64,000 nucleotides of DNA, taken from NCBI RefSeq assembly GCF_021869535.1, contig NW_026262701.1, positions 1,178,001 through 1,242,000 of the forward strand, written 5' to 3'. Shown piece by piece: positions 12,165 to 25,092 of the stretch. The notes beneath the pieces are model-generated. The model was not told the DNA's origin. It did not search any database and worked only from the letters and a program-made list of their open reading frames with translations. The position numbers and the translations under genes are program-made. The DNA is from Mytilus californianus. Taxonomy: Eukaryota. Numbering within the stretch: the first letter of the stretch is position 1; every line of letters begins with the position of its first letter.

Positions 12165-14062
12165 TTAGCATGTACAGTACCAACCTGTAATGTCATCATT
12201 GCTGTACTTATCCATAGACTGTAGGCTTTCGATGACGAGTGTCTTGATGATAACGTAACACGGAGTAAGTTTTGTCGGTCCTTGCATATTTGAAGTGTGT
12301 AATTGTCATCGTTTATGTGACTCTCTGTATACCGTGGAGCAAGCTGCAGCTGATACACACCCATGGTAATTTCTCTGATTGCTTAAGAGGTCAACTTTGG
12401 AAAGTCTAACACATTATCAACACCATTTACTATAGTATACACCGCTTTCTTTTGAATTAGATTGTTATCTTCCACAATTTGTTGAAAATGATCGTTGAAG
12501 CATTTGTTGACCGATCTCGTCATTTCCAAAATCGTTTATCAAGGGAGCACGAAAACAATTGATGAGCGCACTCACTATCCTTACAAAATCTCCAATGTGT
12601 GGTACATAATGGTTAGAAATAACCTTATCGAAAAAACGCCATTACTTGATACGGCCATTCGCGCTTTCGACCATCCACCTTACTTTAGTTATCGGCCGAG
12701 CTGCGTTTGCCTCCTCAGTGGGGTGTTGTTTCATTCCTTTCTTTATATAAAACGGCATCTATACCTTTAAATTCATATTTTCTAAGAATTTTGGAGCGCT
12801 TCTGAATCTTCTATCCACCACAAGAACATCATTCTCCTGAACCTAATTATTAATGTCCTCGGCATTTGTCTCAAATAAATGTTTTGTAATTGAAGCATCA
12901 TAATTATGATAATCAGCAAAGTATGGACCTATGACATTCAAGATGTAGCCATCTGCTCCAACAATTAATATAGGTTTAACTAAAGGTCTTCCTTCATGCA
13001 TGCTATATGTCATCTTTTGAAATTGGTGAAACGAGCTTTCTTGTATATACAAGTAAGTACCATCTAGAACAAGGATAGCTATATCATCGTTTTCGTTTGC
13101 AAATAAGGTTTTTGCTGTTGGTGTTGTATGTTTTTGAGAAAATTCTTGATGAGTAATGTGGTTAAAGCCTAAAAAGAGGGCCCGAAGCTCTGCATCAATT
13201 ATTCTCTTGTTGAATGAACAGCTGGTCGTGATTGGTGCGATTTTAAGGAGAAGAGAGTGCTTAATATAGAATTTGATAAGCCTGTGCGAAGCTTCACGAG
13301 AAGAATGGCAAGACATGTCCTTACTGAACGCACCTCAGAGTTTCGTAGATCCTTTACGTGCAAAGCGACTGCATCAAATTGTTCTCTTGTAAGACCAGTC
13401 AAATTAACGTAGTCATCATCTGAAAGTGAAGACGAAATATCAAAATTGAGCTTGCCAGTATCTTTTATGACTGCCCGAGTTCTTTCCAACAGCTCTGATA
13501 TGTCCGTACGGTTACAATATGATGATGATGAGGATTGTTGTACAGTTTCCAATGCATTTTGTTTAAATATTTGCCAATAAGATGGTCTGGACAACATCTG
13601 CTATTTGTCGATATAAAAATGCCCTAATTAATAAGAACCTGAGTTGCTGCTTCTTTTGGAACAACCACTAGTCGATGTCTCCTAGTGTTTTCCTTCTTGC
13701 AAATTATACACCTCCGATGAGATTTCGATGTAGATGAAATGCTGAGTTGTATTGTTTTCTGGCTAATAACTTCAGCAGGACCCGGCAATCCCTGTTCACA
13801 ATTTTCATCATAATCTGTTGCTACATCTACTAATCTTTGTAATTGGAGTTCTCTTCGGATTCGCGATCGACATTTGGAGCATATTATATCCTGCACATAT
13901 ACATTCCTTTTGATCAAAGACTCGATGTAGTTTTGTAGTGGTGTGTTGATGACTGGTCGTCTATTATTTTCTTTTACATGTGTTTTTAAGCATATGACAC
14001 AACTATAGTTTCGTATTCTTGGCCTCTCATTTTTTGGCTAATCCAACCATTTCTTTGCAACC
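12165..14062 (-). pseudogene. PIF/Harbinger-ISL2EU-type (DDE_Tnp_4) transposase, frameshifted, with N-terminal Cys pairs, HTH and truncated C-terminal SWIM
   Basis: CVIC...CSKC and CIIC (13624-14020); LTGLTREQF...LRTGLSNSILSTLF HTH; ILVLDGTY, GRPLVKP, DASI; further downstream [10 protein letters not shown] and ITGWYCTC*. Confidence 0.85.
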
Positions 14063-14129
14063 TAAAAAAGAAAAATGAGAAAAATATATAGTTTTCTATG
14101 TTGGTTTGATACATGATTTATGTGTTTAT

Positions 14130-14508
14130 ATCGCCATGGGTATTATGTTATACTATGTTCCTCTATGGCGGTCATCTTTGATTAATGATCCGCATCAAAA
14201 ACTCAAACCTAGAACAGGAACATGTTTCAATCTACCAAGCGGTTTCTTAGAAAAAGAGGTTTGAAAATTCACCCAATCAGAACGCATGTTTGGCCATGGC
14301 AGCCATGTTGAATTTCCAATAAGCATCCGAAACTCAAAACTGTTAAGTAACAACCACTAAACTATCAGGTCAATTATTTGTTTCATTTGCCAAACAATTT
14401 CGGTGAAGATTAAAATGAGAAAAAATTACAAAAACAGCGTCGCCAAATTCGACAGACGCAAAGTGATTACAAAACCCTCTTATGACCCTTTAGTCCAGGT
14501 GAGCTTAA
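14130..14508 (-). mobile_element. Helentron-associated non-autonomous element (HINE/DINE-like), partial
   Basis: Ends gacagacgcaaagtgat...tgacccttt..ccaggtgagct, the reverse of the tttagctcacctg/catcacttggcgtc start of the family seen at 41115. Confidence 0.55.
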
Positions 14509-14689
14509 TATGAACATCACTTATGCATTTACAGTTTTTATACATGTAAGAAAATAATGTAATGACGGAAGTTCTTATATGGATTACCAGCATACATGGA
14601 ACGATAGTTCCTGCGGACGAAGATTCAATCAATATCGTTTTTGTTTGTAAATCCTTACTAGGAGTGTCTTAACAAAGAATTAAGAAAAA

Positions 14690-16330
14690 ATGAACACTCG
14701 GTAAATCCCACGTACAAAAACGTTTGGTAAGGATAAGTCCTTTATAGCCTCCTTGAATAATACAATGAACAACAAATCTGAGGTTTTTCCTTGTTTGTAT
14801 TTGATACCTAAACGTCACATAGCTCTGTTCAAACAACGGTACATTGCCTGCTAATCTGCATGTTTTACCAAGGAATTGTCCGTTAGATAACTAGTAACAA
14901 AAAAAAAATGTCCGCAGAGAAAGAGGGATTACAGAAATACTGTGACACTGTTCACTCGCGCAGTGCCATTAACCGATGTGGATTCATAGAACTCGAAAGA
15001 AGTTGTGGTAAATTTAAAATCTCAGTCATCCTCGGAAATTGATTTCATCAAAACCTTGGATTTTTCCACCATTTACACTACCATTACACCTGAAAAATTA
15101 AAAACACATTTTAGAGAAATAATTCAACATGCTTTCCTTCATGAAAATGGTACAATACGCTACAAATGAATTGTTTTGTGATCTAATTCTGTATATTTTG
15201 TTAAACATGAGCCCGAAAATAAAGGTTGACCTTTGTAAATACAGCTTATTAACACACCACGCCTCATTTGGAAAGATATTTATTATTCATAGATATTCTG
15301 TTTTGTTTACATACTGGTTCCCAGATATGATCTCCATGTTTCATCTCATAGAGACACAACTTGGGGATTTTACAAGTATAAATACTGTTGGAAAGCAGAC
15401 AAATTGAATTTTCAGGAAGACTCAAAGTAAAAGGAGGGGTAGTACAGAATAGTAGTATAGGTTTCAATTTTTAGATGTTCAAGGCATTTAAAAGTTGAAA
15501 ATATGCCGCACAGCCAAATGTTTTGGCCTTTGCAAAAAATAGTAGTTCATATGAACTTTACATTCCAGGATTTGATTTTGTACGAAAATTCATAGTAAAT
15601 GTGGCACTTTTTTGGAAATTGCATTGTCTATATTAACAGAAGTGCAACCTAAAACATGCTACACCAAAGAAAAATCGAGCAGTATGAGGAATTTTCTCAT
15701 TGACAACATATTTGTTGAATTTTGAGGTAGAAATTTCCAGCAGGTTGTCGGCATTTTTATGGGAACCAACTGTGTACCCCTCCTGGACGAATTTTTTCTT
15801 ATTTTCATATGAGTCGGAGTTCATACACTTGTTAAAACAAGAAGATCATAGTAGCTTGATTATTTCATTTCACATACAGTTAAATAGATGATGTTTTCTC
15901 ATTAACAATCCAAACTTTTCTGATTGGTTCCTATATATATATCCTCTTGTACTAGAAAATTAAGAAGCCACAGATTAATCTCCCTCTACCCCATTTCTAG
16001 ACATTTACCTCTTTATGAACAACAGTGGTCATCTCAGTACCAGAATCTGACATTCGAGACAATATCAATTTAGAAATCATAAGTTTTCCACACATTAACA
16101 GCAATATACCAATTTCACACGCTTATGGACTATATATTTCTCAAGTCATGCGATATGCATGAGCTGGCAGCCGCTACAGAAACTTCATATGTTGTTTGAG
16201 CAGAACAAATAATAGCCCAGGTCTTTGTTAAAGAACGTCTCGTTTTTTGTTACCGTGTTTTTTCCCATTTTGTATACCCTTGTAAGTATTATATTTGTAC
16301 TTAATCGAGAAAGTGTATACTATAGACGGT
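14690..16330 (+). mobile_element. Penelope-like RT, degenerate
   Basis: FPCLYLIPKRH..KQRYIA; IKTLDFSTIYTT; ttgacaacatatttgttgaattt...atgggaaccaactgtgtaccc (MGTNC motif); SYESEF. Confidence 0.85.
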
Positions 16331-16499
16331 GTGTACTATCAACTTATTTATCGGTGTCATTGTTTATTCACTATCAACTACAAAAACTGTTTGTTGACGT
16401 CTTTGTCAATTTTAATATGAACTTCAAAAACCTCTTCGTTGTATTCTATGTTTGTTTGAATATTTGAATATGTTGTATTGTATGTCTGTGAAATATTTT

Positions 16500-16960
16500 T
16501 ACAGTTGTGGCTATTGTCACATTAATCTATTATGTATGTTTGGGTTGCTCACCCAATGTTGTCAATATAACGGAACTATAAACAACTGCCAAACAAGTTG
16601 GGGTGTAGCTAGCTAGATATAAAACCAAGTTTAACCAACCATTTCCTTAGGTATACAACAGTTTTTTGCACACGTTCTGTTGGTGGATCTGCTTACCTTT
16701 CCGGAGCTCCTGAGATCACCTCCAGTTTTTGGTGGGGTTCGTGTTGCTCAGTCTTTAGTTTTGTATGTTGTGTTTTGTTAACCGTTGTTTGTCTGTTTGT
16801 CTGTTGGTCTTTTTCTTTTTTTAGCCATGGCGTTGTCAGTTAATTTTCGACCTATGAGTTTTAATGTCCTTTTGGTATCTTTCGCTTCTCTGTGATAACC
16901 TTTGATTTTGTCAGTTTTTATGGACTTGCCTTTTTGAAATTTACGTTGGAGTTATGGATT
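16500..16960 (+). repeat. Cluster of mytilid interspersed repeats
   Basis: tgtcaatataacggaact...; ggatctgcttacctttccggagc...ggggttcgtgttgctcagtc...catggcgttgtcag. Confidence 0.6.
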
Positions 16961-18847
16961 TTTGTTATCAATTTTATTCCTAGGAAACAGAATTCTATTT
17001 AAATCAAAAATGTTTTATCAATATTATGTAAATATCGACCGCCATCAAATTGTGTTTTAATATAGTCCAACCATTCATCTATTTACTGGAGACTTTGACA
17101 TCGTAAACGTTGAATAAGTTAGGTTGGCATTAGCCAAAGACCTAATATTAAATCCCCTGCCCCTCAACTGGAAGAGGCAATGTATGTGACTGAAAGATGT
17201 ACTTGAGAACTATGCCTGACAATTGCAAAGATCATTATTTGGAATGTATAACTAAAGAACACGGATTTCAAAGCAAAATATGGAATCCCTCGTACACCCA
17301 AGCAGTGTCATTCAGATATGGATTTGCAGTTATAACAAAACATTTCTACGTTTTACACTTTAAAGAATTGTCAAATCAGCTCAGATCAATTTTCTGTGAG
17401 GAAGTTGGAACGCTAGTTTCTTAATATATCAACGGGGAATCTTAGAAAATAATTTAAATCATTTCAGAACCAAATCACTGAGCAAATTGCTTTGGTGACT
17501 TACAATCAACCAGCAGTGGTATCGACAAAGTGCCAGTAAATGCAATTCAAGCTTTATAACCTTCATGCATCCGTTCACTTTTCTAGGTTAACTCTTATCA
17601 AGAATGATCAGACCTTAACATTTGAAAGCGAGGGATGTATAAATACGTCGAAAGTGAGGAAGTTGGTGCTGGATAACGGGACATACAGAGAATATGCAAA
17701 TTTAGATATGGTCAACTTTGCTTGAAGTTGGAACCTTCGTTTTGCAACGGGGAATTGTAAAAATATGATTTCTACCATGTCACTACCAACACACTGACTT
17801 CTATGTTGATGCTACATTAATGGATTGTTAGTCCACTAGCAGTTGTATCGACAAAGTGTTTTTCAATAAAAAGTTTATAAAGTTTTGCCATTTAGCGCGA
17901 CTTTAAATAATGAAATTTATCATTTCAATATATTACACGGAGCTATCATAAAAAAAACCAACTTACAACAGTTTTAGCACTAACCGTTGTTAAAGTCATA
18001 TCATTAAAAGAAATATTCCGTATAATGCATAATATAGGTTGAAGACGTAATGAAACAATGGTTATTTTTTTATTTAAAATTGTGACAGAAATTCCTTCAG
18101 TTTCAGTTAAATGAATATATAATTTTATCTGATCAAGGCAGGAAACTGGGAGTAAACTACGAGTACTGTATTTGTTCATGGTACTTTTTGCAAAACTTTC
18201 TTTTAAATTGTTAAAAGATAGCCTATTCAATTATGAACAAATGTTTATGATGATGTAAAATTCCAAAAATGTATAAAACAATGTTATAATCCCAGTTATC
18301 TTCAAATTATTGTGTAATTGGTTATATTTCATTTCACTTTGCACTCAAGTTATCAGTCTGCAAAAATACAGTGCGTTTTTGTAATTAAAGAGATTTTCTT
18401 TAAAAAACGCTTCTCACAAGGAGACGCTATTTATAGTTTCTTTTATATATATAGAATTTCTTTGAAAACATATATCAGTAATCTAGAAACATTTAAGTTC
18501 GGCAAAAATTTCCTTTTAAAAAATATTCTATTTCATCATAAAAAAGGGTAATGTAACGAGTATTTTTTTTAAAAAGAAAGGTTTAACAGTATAGAGCGTT
18601 CGATAAAGAATAAAGTATTTGTCAAAAATTTCATTCTTTTATTAAATTAATTGAAAAAAAATGTTTTTGGCGCGAAATTAAAGATGAGTTCAGTTTGCAA
18701 TAGTTCCCCTATATTTAATTTTAAGTTCGGAAAATATCTGAATTGATCATTACAAATGTCGGGGCAATGCGTTCAAATTTGTTTTTATTTAGAAATTGAC
18801 TGCATTTATATCTCATCAATCGTATTTATTTTTAAAGGTTCGGACAA

Positions 18848-19008
18848 AGAAGTATATTTTGGGGCCCTTTATAGCTTACTGTTCGGTGTGAGCCAAGGCT
18901 CCGTGTTGAAGACCGTACTGTGACCTATAATGGTTTACTTTTATAAATTTTGACTTGGATGGAGAGTTGTCTCATTGGCACTCATACCACATCTTCTTAT
19001 ATCTATAT
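18848..19008 (+). repeat. SINE-like mytilid repeat present only in array unit 1
   Basis: ggtgtgagccaaggctccgtgttgaagaccgtac...gtctcattggcactcataccacatcttcttatatctat; absent at the equivalent site (~22430, ~25835) of the other units. Confidence 0.7.
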
Positions 19009-19397
19009 AACATAGAACATTTAAACCGGTCAAATTCTTATTATTCCTAAAACATCCTTGACCAAAAACAATTAAATGATAATGTTTCGCTTAATCGATT
19101 AATGATTCACATCGATAAACTATGGCTGACTTAATTTTACAAGTTTATATTTGACCGACCCTTATCAAACATTGTGGAGGGTATTACAATCGAATAGCGT
19201 CGAGATGAAGATCTTATCAGCAATGACCTGAGATAATATACTCTATAGACAAATTTAAGTTACTTTAAAGATATTGTGTTTGTCTAAGTAAATCATCAAA
19301 TCAAGCAACATTTAAGGGACACGATCATGATTTGGTTGCCCATAATACAATTTCTGTGACAAATATGTCTATTAATTTTTTTTTAATCCTTGTGGTG

Positions 19398-19615
19398 TAA
19401 GGGACGGTCATTTGGTATTGTGGTTTGAGCAGGGCAGGACATTTTTTGCTGACGGAATATTTATTTTCCCTTTTGAACACAGTCATATCATGCATTTTAT
19501 GGGGGAAAATATTCTACGTTCTGGTTTGGCCAAGGTTACTTATTTTCTTACCAAGGCAGATTATTCTTTTTCCAAAGCCTTGTGCATCCACAGAAATCAA
19601 ACGGTCGTCCCTTCA
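19398..19615. mobile_element. ~215 bp MITE, copy 1
   Basis: TIRs taagggacggtcatttggt / aaatcaaacggtcgtccctt; TA (possibly TTAA-like) target. Confidence 0.8.
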
Positions 19616-20437
19616 TCACAATTTCGTCCTCTTTTCCTTAGATGTGACTTTTACAAACAACGGCTTATTGATATATCTTCACTTGAATGAGCAATATGAT
19701 GGACGTCCTTGTGAAGGATAAACTGAGCTTTCAGAGCACGCGAGTTTAACTCTGTTTTTCGTCGGGATTCGAGTTTCGTATTGTTAAGCTTCTATGTGAT
19801 GTTTTGAAGGTTTTGCGTTTCAATTCGTCATTCTTTTTTGCTATCATGTTGTTTGGTTGTTTTTACTAAGGATTTTTAGTTGCCCTTTTAGTATCTTCAC
19901 TGGGTTTTTTGAAATGAGAATTCATATTTTTTTTGATAGATAATATTGTTTAGGCGATATATTTCTATCAATCAACAGGCAAATGGTGTGTCATCTTAGG
20001 AAATATAATTCTATTAAAAAATAATATTTTATCAATATTATGTAAATTCGATCTGAACCAAACTGTGTTTAAATACAGTCCCATTGGTCATCTAGTTACT
20101 GGAGACCTTGGCATCGTAAACGATGAACAACTTAAGAAGTGATTAGCCATATGCCCGAAATACAGAATTCCCCATTTTCAATGAAAAGTTTTTAACTTTT
20201 GGCCGTCCAAAACCACTTTATAAAATCAAATTTATCATTTCAACATATAACACGGAGATATCTATCTTAAAAAAAACTTACAACGATTTAAACACTAACC
20301 GTTGTTAAAGTCACATCATTAAAAGAAATAATCCGAATAATGTATAAGATAAGTTGAAGACGAAATAAAGCAGCGGTTAATTTTTATTTTAAATTCCGAC
20401 AGAAATGTTTTATTTTTGTTGTATATTAAATGAATAT

Positions 20438-21690
20438 GAGCCAGTCCATGCGAAAACGTACAACACGTGTTTTTGATAAACTTTACAGGACACGTTGATA
20501 AAATTCGTTAAAATATTTTTGAAAAACGATTTTATCCGTCAAAATTGGTATTAATAAAACATTCATAAAATTGTCAATTCTGTTTCGAATTTGTCAGTTA
20601 AAACGGAAAAAGACGTAAAAATATCTGAATTTATGACTTAGGTAAGTGTTAAATCATTTGTTATCCGGCACAATGCGATACTGAGGCGAAATTAAACTAT
20701 TGACGACACTATAGACATGATAGAGCGAAAAGGTCAACAGTTTTCATCATCTCTAACTATGCCTAAAGAAAGAAAGATAACTGTTAAACTTAACGGAAAA
20801 TGCAAAAATTATGTCATCTAGTGTTTTTGAAATTGAAATTCAAATTAAGTTAAGTATTTTGTTTTTATATAAATCAACCGTCCTTGTTGTTTATACATCC
20901 CGCCATTGTGTTATTGTGCTATGGTCATTTTTTGTATTCTTGTCTTTCATTCTTGCTTATATACTTTGTCTATAGTGTCTATATGCCATTTTGTTTTTTC
21001 TTTGATGAAATAGTTATTTGTTTTTATATTGATTAAGATTATAACACAATGTTGACTGCAATTGTACCCCAATTTTGGACAATTTTACCTATTGTGTCTG
21101 TTTGTTTTGCTCACACATTGTTGTCAATATAATGGAATTCTATGCGACTGTTAGAGGTTACGCTAGCTATTAAACCAGGTTTAATCCACCATTTTCTACA
21201 TAAGGAAAAAGCTTTTACCAAGTCAGGAATATGACAGTTGTGTTTCATTCCTTTGATGTGTTTGAGCTTTTGATTTTGCCATTTGATAAAAGACTTTCCG
21301 TTTTGAATTTTCGTTGGAGTTTAGTATTTTTGCTATTTTACTTTTTTTTCGAACTGTTGCCACAATTAAATTGCGTTGATTTCTGCATTGTAATCGAGAC
21401 ACTCATCCCCTCTGCAACCCGAATGAACATAATCAAGTGGTAAGTTAAGACATTTAAATTTTACATAGAAAGAATGAATAGAAAATGTGAAATAATATAA
21501 CAGATTCTTTAGAAAAAGCAAGGGGTGTGTGTGTGTGCCTGCACTGAAAGGCGATTATAGCTAACAGCCTAATCGTATAAGGAAAAGTAAAAGTTTTTTT
21601 ATAGATGACAACTCTGCTACCAATAACTATACACACTTTTTAGAATTTCACAAAATTTTAGTTTTTGTACCTTATTGCTCGGACTGGCTC
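20438..21690. mobile_element. Sola2-like non-autonomous DNA transposon (GAG...CTC ends, ATAT TSD), carrying a nested repeat at 20878-21345
   Basis: atat|gagccagtccatgcgaaaacgtac ... gtaccttattgctcggactggctc|atat; empty site atgaATATataatttt at 18111-18126. Confidence 0.8.
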
Positions 21691-22817
21691 ATATGTAATT
21701 TTATCTGTTCAAGGGAACTGCGAGTAAACTAAGAATACTGTATTTGTTCATGACACTTTTAGCAAAACCTTCTATAAAATTATTAAAAGAAGACTTATTC
21801 AATTGTTAACAAATATTCATGAAGAAATCATTAAATAAAATTCCAAAAATGTATAAAACATTGTTATTATCCCAGTTTTCTCCAAATTAGTGTTTAATTT
21901 GTTATATTTTATGTCACTTTGCACTCAAGTTATCAGACTGCCTGAATACAGTGCGTGTTTGTTATTTAAGAGATTTTCTGTAAAAAAAAACGATTCGCAG
22001 AAGGAACGCTATTTATAGTTTCTTTTATGCAGATATAATTTCTTTAAAAACGTATATCGGTTATCTGGAAACATTAAAGTTCGGCAAAAAATTCCTTTTT
22101 TACAAAATAGTCCATTTCATCATAAAAAGGGTAATGTAAGGAGTAATTTTCAAAAAGAAAGGTTTAACAGTATTAAGCGTTCGATTAAGAATCAGAGTAT
22201 TTGTCGAAAACTTCATTCTTGTATTAAAATAAACGAAAAAAATGTTTTTGGCGGGAAATTAAACTTGAGTTAGGCATGCAAAATGTCCCCTATATTTAAT
22301 ATAAAGTTCGGCAAATATCTGAATTGATTGTTACAAATGTCGGGGTAATGCGTTCAATTTACTTTGTATTTCAAAAGTGACTGCATTTATATCTCATGAA
22401 TCGTATTTATATTTAAAGATTAGGAAAAACCAGTATAACAAAGAAATTTAAACCGGTCAAATTCTTATTATTCTTAAAACAGTCTTGACAAAAACAATTA
22501 GGGTATAATGTTTTGCTTAATTGATTAATGATTTACATCGATAAACTATGGCTGCCTTTTTAACAAGTTTTTATTTGACCGACCCATATGAAACATTGTG
22601 AAGGGCATTACAAATATCGCCTAGATAAAAATCTTATCAGCAATGACCTGAGATAATATACTCTATAGACAAATTTACATTACTTTAAGATATTGTGTTT
22701 GTCTTAGTAAATCATCCAATTAAGCAATATTTAACGGACACGATCACGATTTGGGTGACCATAGTACAATTTCTGTAACAAATATATCTATTGATTTTTA
22801 TTTTAATCCTTGTCGTA

Positions 22818-23035
22818 TAAGGGACGGCCATTTGATATTGTGGTTGGAGCAGGACAGGAAATTTTTTTCTGACGGAATATTTATTTTCCCTTTTGGACAC
22901 AGTCATATCATGCATTTTATGGGGGAAAATATTCTTCGTTCTGGTTTGGCCAAGGTTACTTATTTTCTGACCAGGCCAGATTATTCTTTTTCCAAAGCCT
23001 TGTGCACCCACAGAAATCAAACGGTCGTTCCTTTA
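22818..23035. mobile_element. ~215 bp MITE, copy 2
   Basis: taagggacggccatttgat ... aaatcaaacggtcgttccttta. Confidence 0.85.
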
Positions 23036-23845
23036 TCACAATTCAACCCGCTTTCCCTCAGATGTGACATTTACAAACAACGACTTATTAAAGAATCTTC
23101 ATTTGCCTGAGCAATATGATGGACGTCACTTGTGAAGGATAAACTGCTTACATTTCAGAGCACGCGAGTTTAACTCTGTTTTTCGTCGGGATTCGTGTTT
23201 CGTATTGTTAAGCTTCTATGTGATGTTTTGAAGGTTTTGCTTTTCAATTCGTAATTTTTTTTGCTATCATGTTGTTTGGTTGTTTTTAGTAAGGATTTTC
23301 AATTGCCCTTTTGTATCTTCACTGCGTTTTTTGAAATGAGAATTCACATTTTTGCCAATAGTTAAAAATTGGTTAGTCGATATATTAGTCTCAATTAACA
23401 GGCAAATGGTGTGCCATCTTAGGAAACATCATTTTATTTAAAAAACTATTAAGTCAATATTATGTAAATTAGATATCAACCAAACTGTGTTTAAATACAG
23501 TTCATTAGTCATCTAATAACTGGAGACCTTGGCATCGTAAACAATGAACAACTAAGGGAGTGATTATCCAAAAGCCCGAACTATAGAATTCCCCATTTTC
23601 AATGTTTTTGCCGTCCAAAACCACTTTATTTAATCAAATTGATCATTTCAACATATTACACGGAGATATCTATCTTAAAAAAAAACTTACAACGATTTAA
23701 GCACTAACCGTTGTTAAAGTCACATCATTAAAAGAAATAATCTGAATAATGTACAAGATAAGTCGATTACGAAATAAAACAACGGTTAATTTTTATTTTC
23801 AATTACGACAGAAATTCTTTCAGATTTTGTATATTAAATGAATAT

Positions 23846-25092
23846 GAGCCAGTCCATGCGAAAACGTACAACAAGTGTTGTTGATAAACTTTACAGGACA
23901 CGTTGTTAAAGTTCGTTAAAATATTTTTGAAAAACGATTTTATCCGTCAAAATTAGTATTAATGTAAACATTCATAAAATTGTCAATTCTGTCTCGAATT
24001 TGTCAGTTAAAACGGAACAAGACGTAAAAATATCTGAATTTATGACTTAGGTAAGTATTAAATCATTTGTTTTCCGGCACAATGCGATACTGACGCTAAT
24101 TCAATCATTTACAACACTATAAACATGACAGAGCAAAAAGGTCAACAATTTTCATCATCTCTAACTATGCCTAAAGAAAGAGAGATAACTGTTAAACTTA
24201 ACGGAAAATGCAAAAATTATGTCATCTAGTGTTTTTGAAATTGAAATTGAAATTAAGTTAAGCATTTTGTTTTGATGTAAATCAACCGTCCTTGTTGTTT
24301 ATACATCCCGCCATTGTGTTATTGTGCTATGGTCATTTTTTGTATTCTTGTCTTTCATTCTTGCTTATATACTTTGTCTATAGTGTCTATATGCCATTTT
24401 GTTTTTTCTTTGATGAAATAGATATTTGTTTTTATATTGATCAAGATTATAACACAATGTTGACTGCTGTACCCCAATTTTGGACAATTTTACCTATTGT
24501 ATCTGTTTGTTTTGCTCACACATTGTTGTCAATATAATGGAATTCTATGCGACTGTTAGAGGTTACGCTAGCTATTAAACCAGGTTTAATCCACCATTTT
24601 CTACATAAGGAAAAAGCTTTTACCAAGTCAGGAATATGGCAGTTGTTTTTCATTCATTTGATGTGTTAAAGCTTTTGATTTTGCCATTTGATAAAAGACT
24701 TTCCGTTTTGAATTTTCGTTGGAGTTCAGTATTTTTGCTATTTTACTTTTTTTTAACTGTTGCCACCATTAAATTGCGTTGATTTCTGCATTGTCACCGA
24801 GACACTTATCCCCTCTGCAACCCGAGTGAACATAATCAAGTGGCAAGTTAAGACATTTAAATTTTACATAGAAAGAATGAATAGAAAATGTGAAATAATA
24901 TAACAAAATCATTAGAAAAAGTAAGGAGTGTGTGTGTGTGCCTGCACTGCAAGGCGATTATAGCTAACAGCCTAATCGTATAAGGAAAAGTAAAAGTGTT
25001 TTATAGATGACAACTCTGCTACCAATAACTATACACACTTTTTAGAATTTCACAAAATTTTAGTTTTTGTACCTTATTGCTCGGACTGGCTC
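23846..25092. mobile_element. Sola2-like element, copy 2 (duplicated with the array)
   Basis: Same TIRs, ATAT flanks and nested repeat as 20438-21690. Confidence 0.8.

Larger units (their letters stand above)
17000..20172 (+). mobile_element. Degenerate Penelope-like element(s): RT-linker piece (17000-17400), pLTR (17450-17870), long 5' ORF region, GIY-YIG-like remnant and RT linker
   Basis: 17000-17400 LNWKRQCM.LKDVLENYA / CKDHYLECITKE..NPSYT match the PLE linker; pLTR homologous to 45995-46190; 19960-20170 ILGNI...KYSPIGHLVTGDLGIVN...CPKYRIP is the PLE pre-RT region. Confidence 0.6.

Noticed and set aside
18318-18551. LRR/Toll-like receptor pseudogene array (NLETFKFGKNFL fits LxxLxLxxNxL; LSRNGLHNI at 60090)
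   Set aside because: The segments lie between a pLTR and PLE pre-RT motifs, no run of consecutive LRRs or TIR domain was found, and the apparent N-cap (ORF 17197, CKDHYLECITKE) is the PLE linker motif. A profile search of the consensus would settle it.
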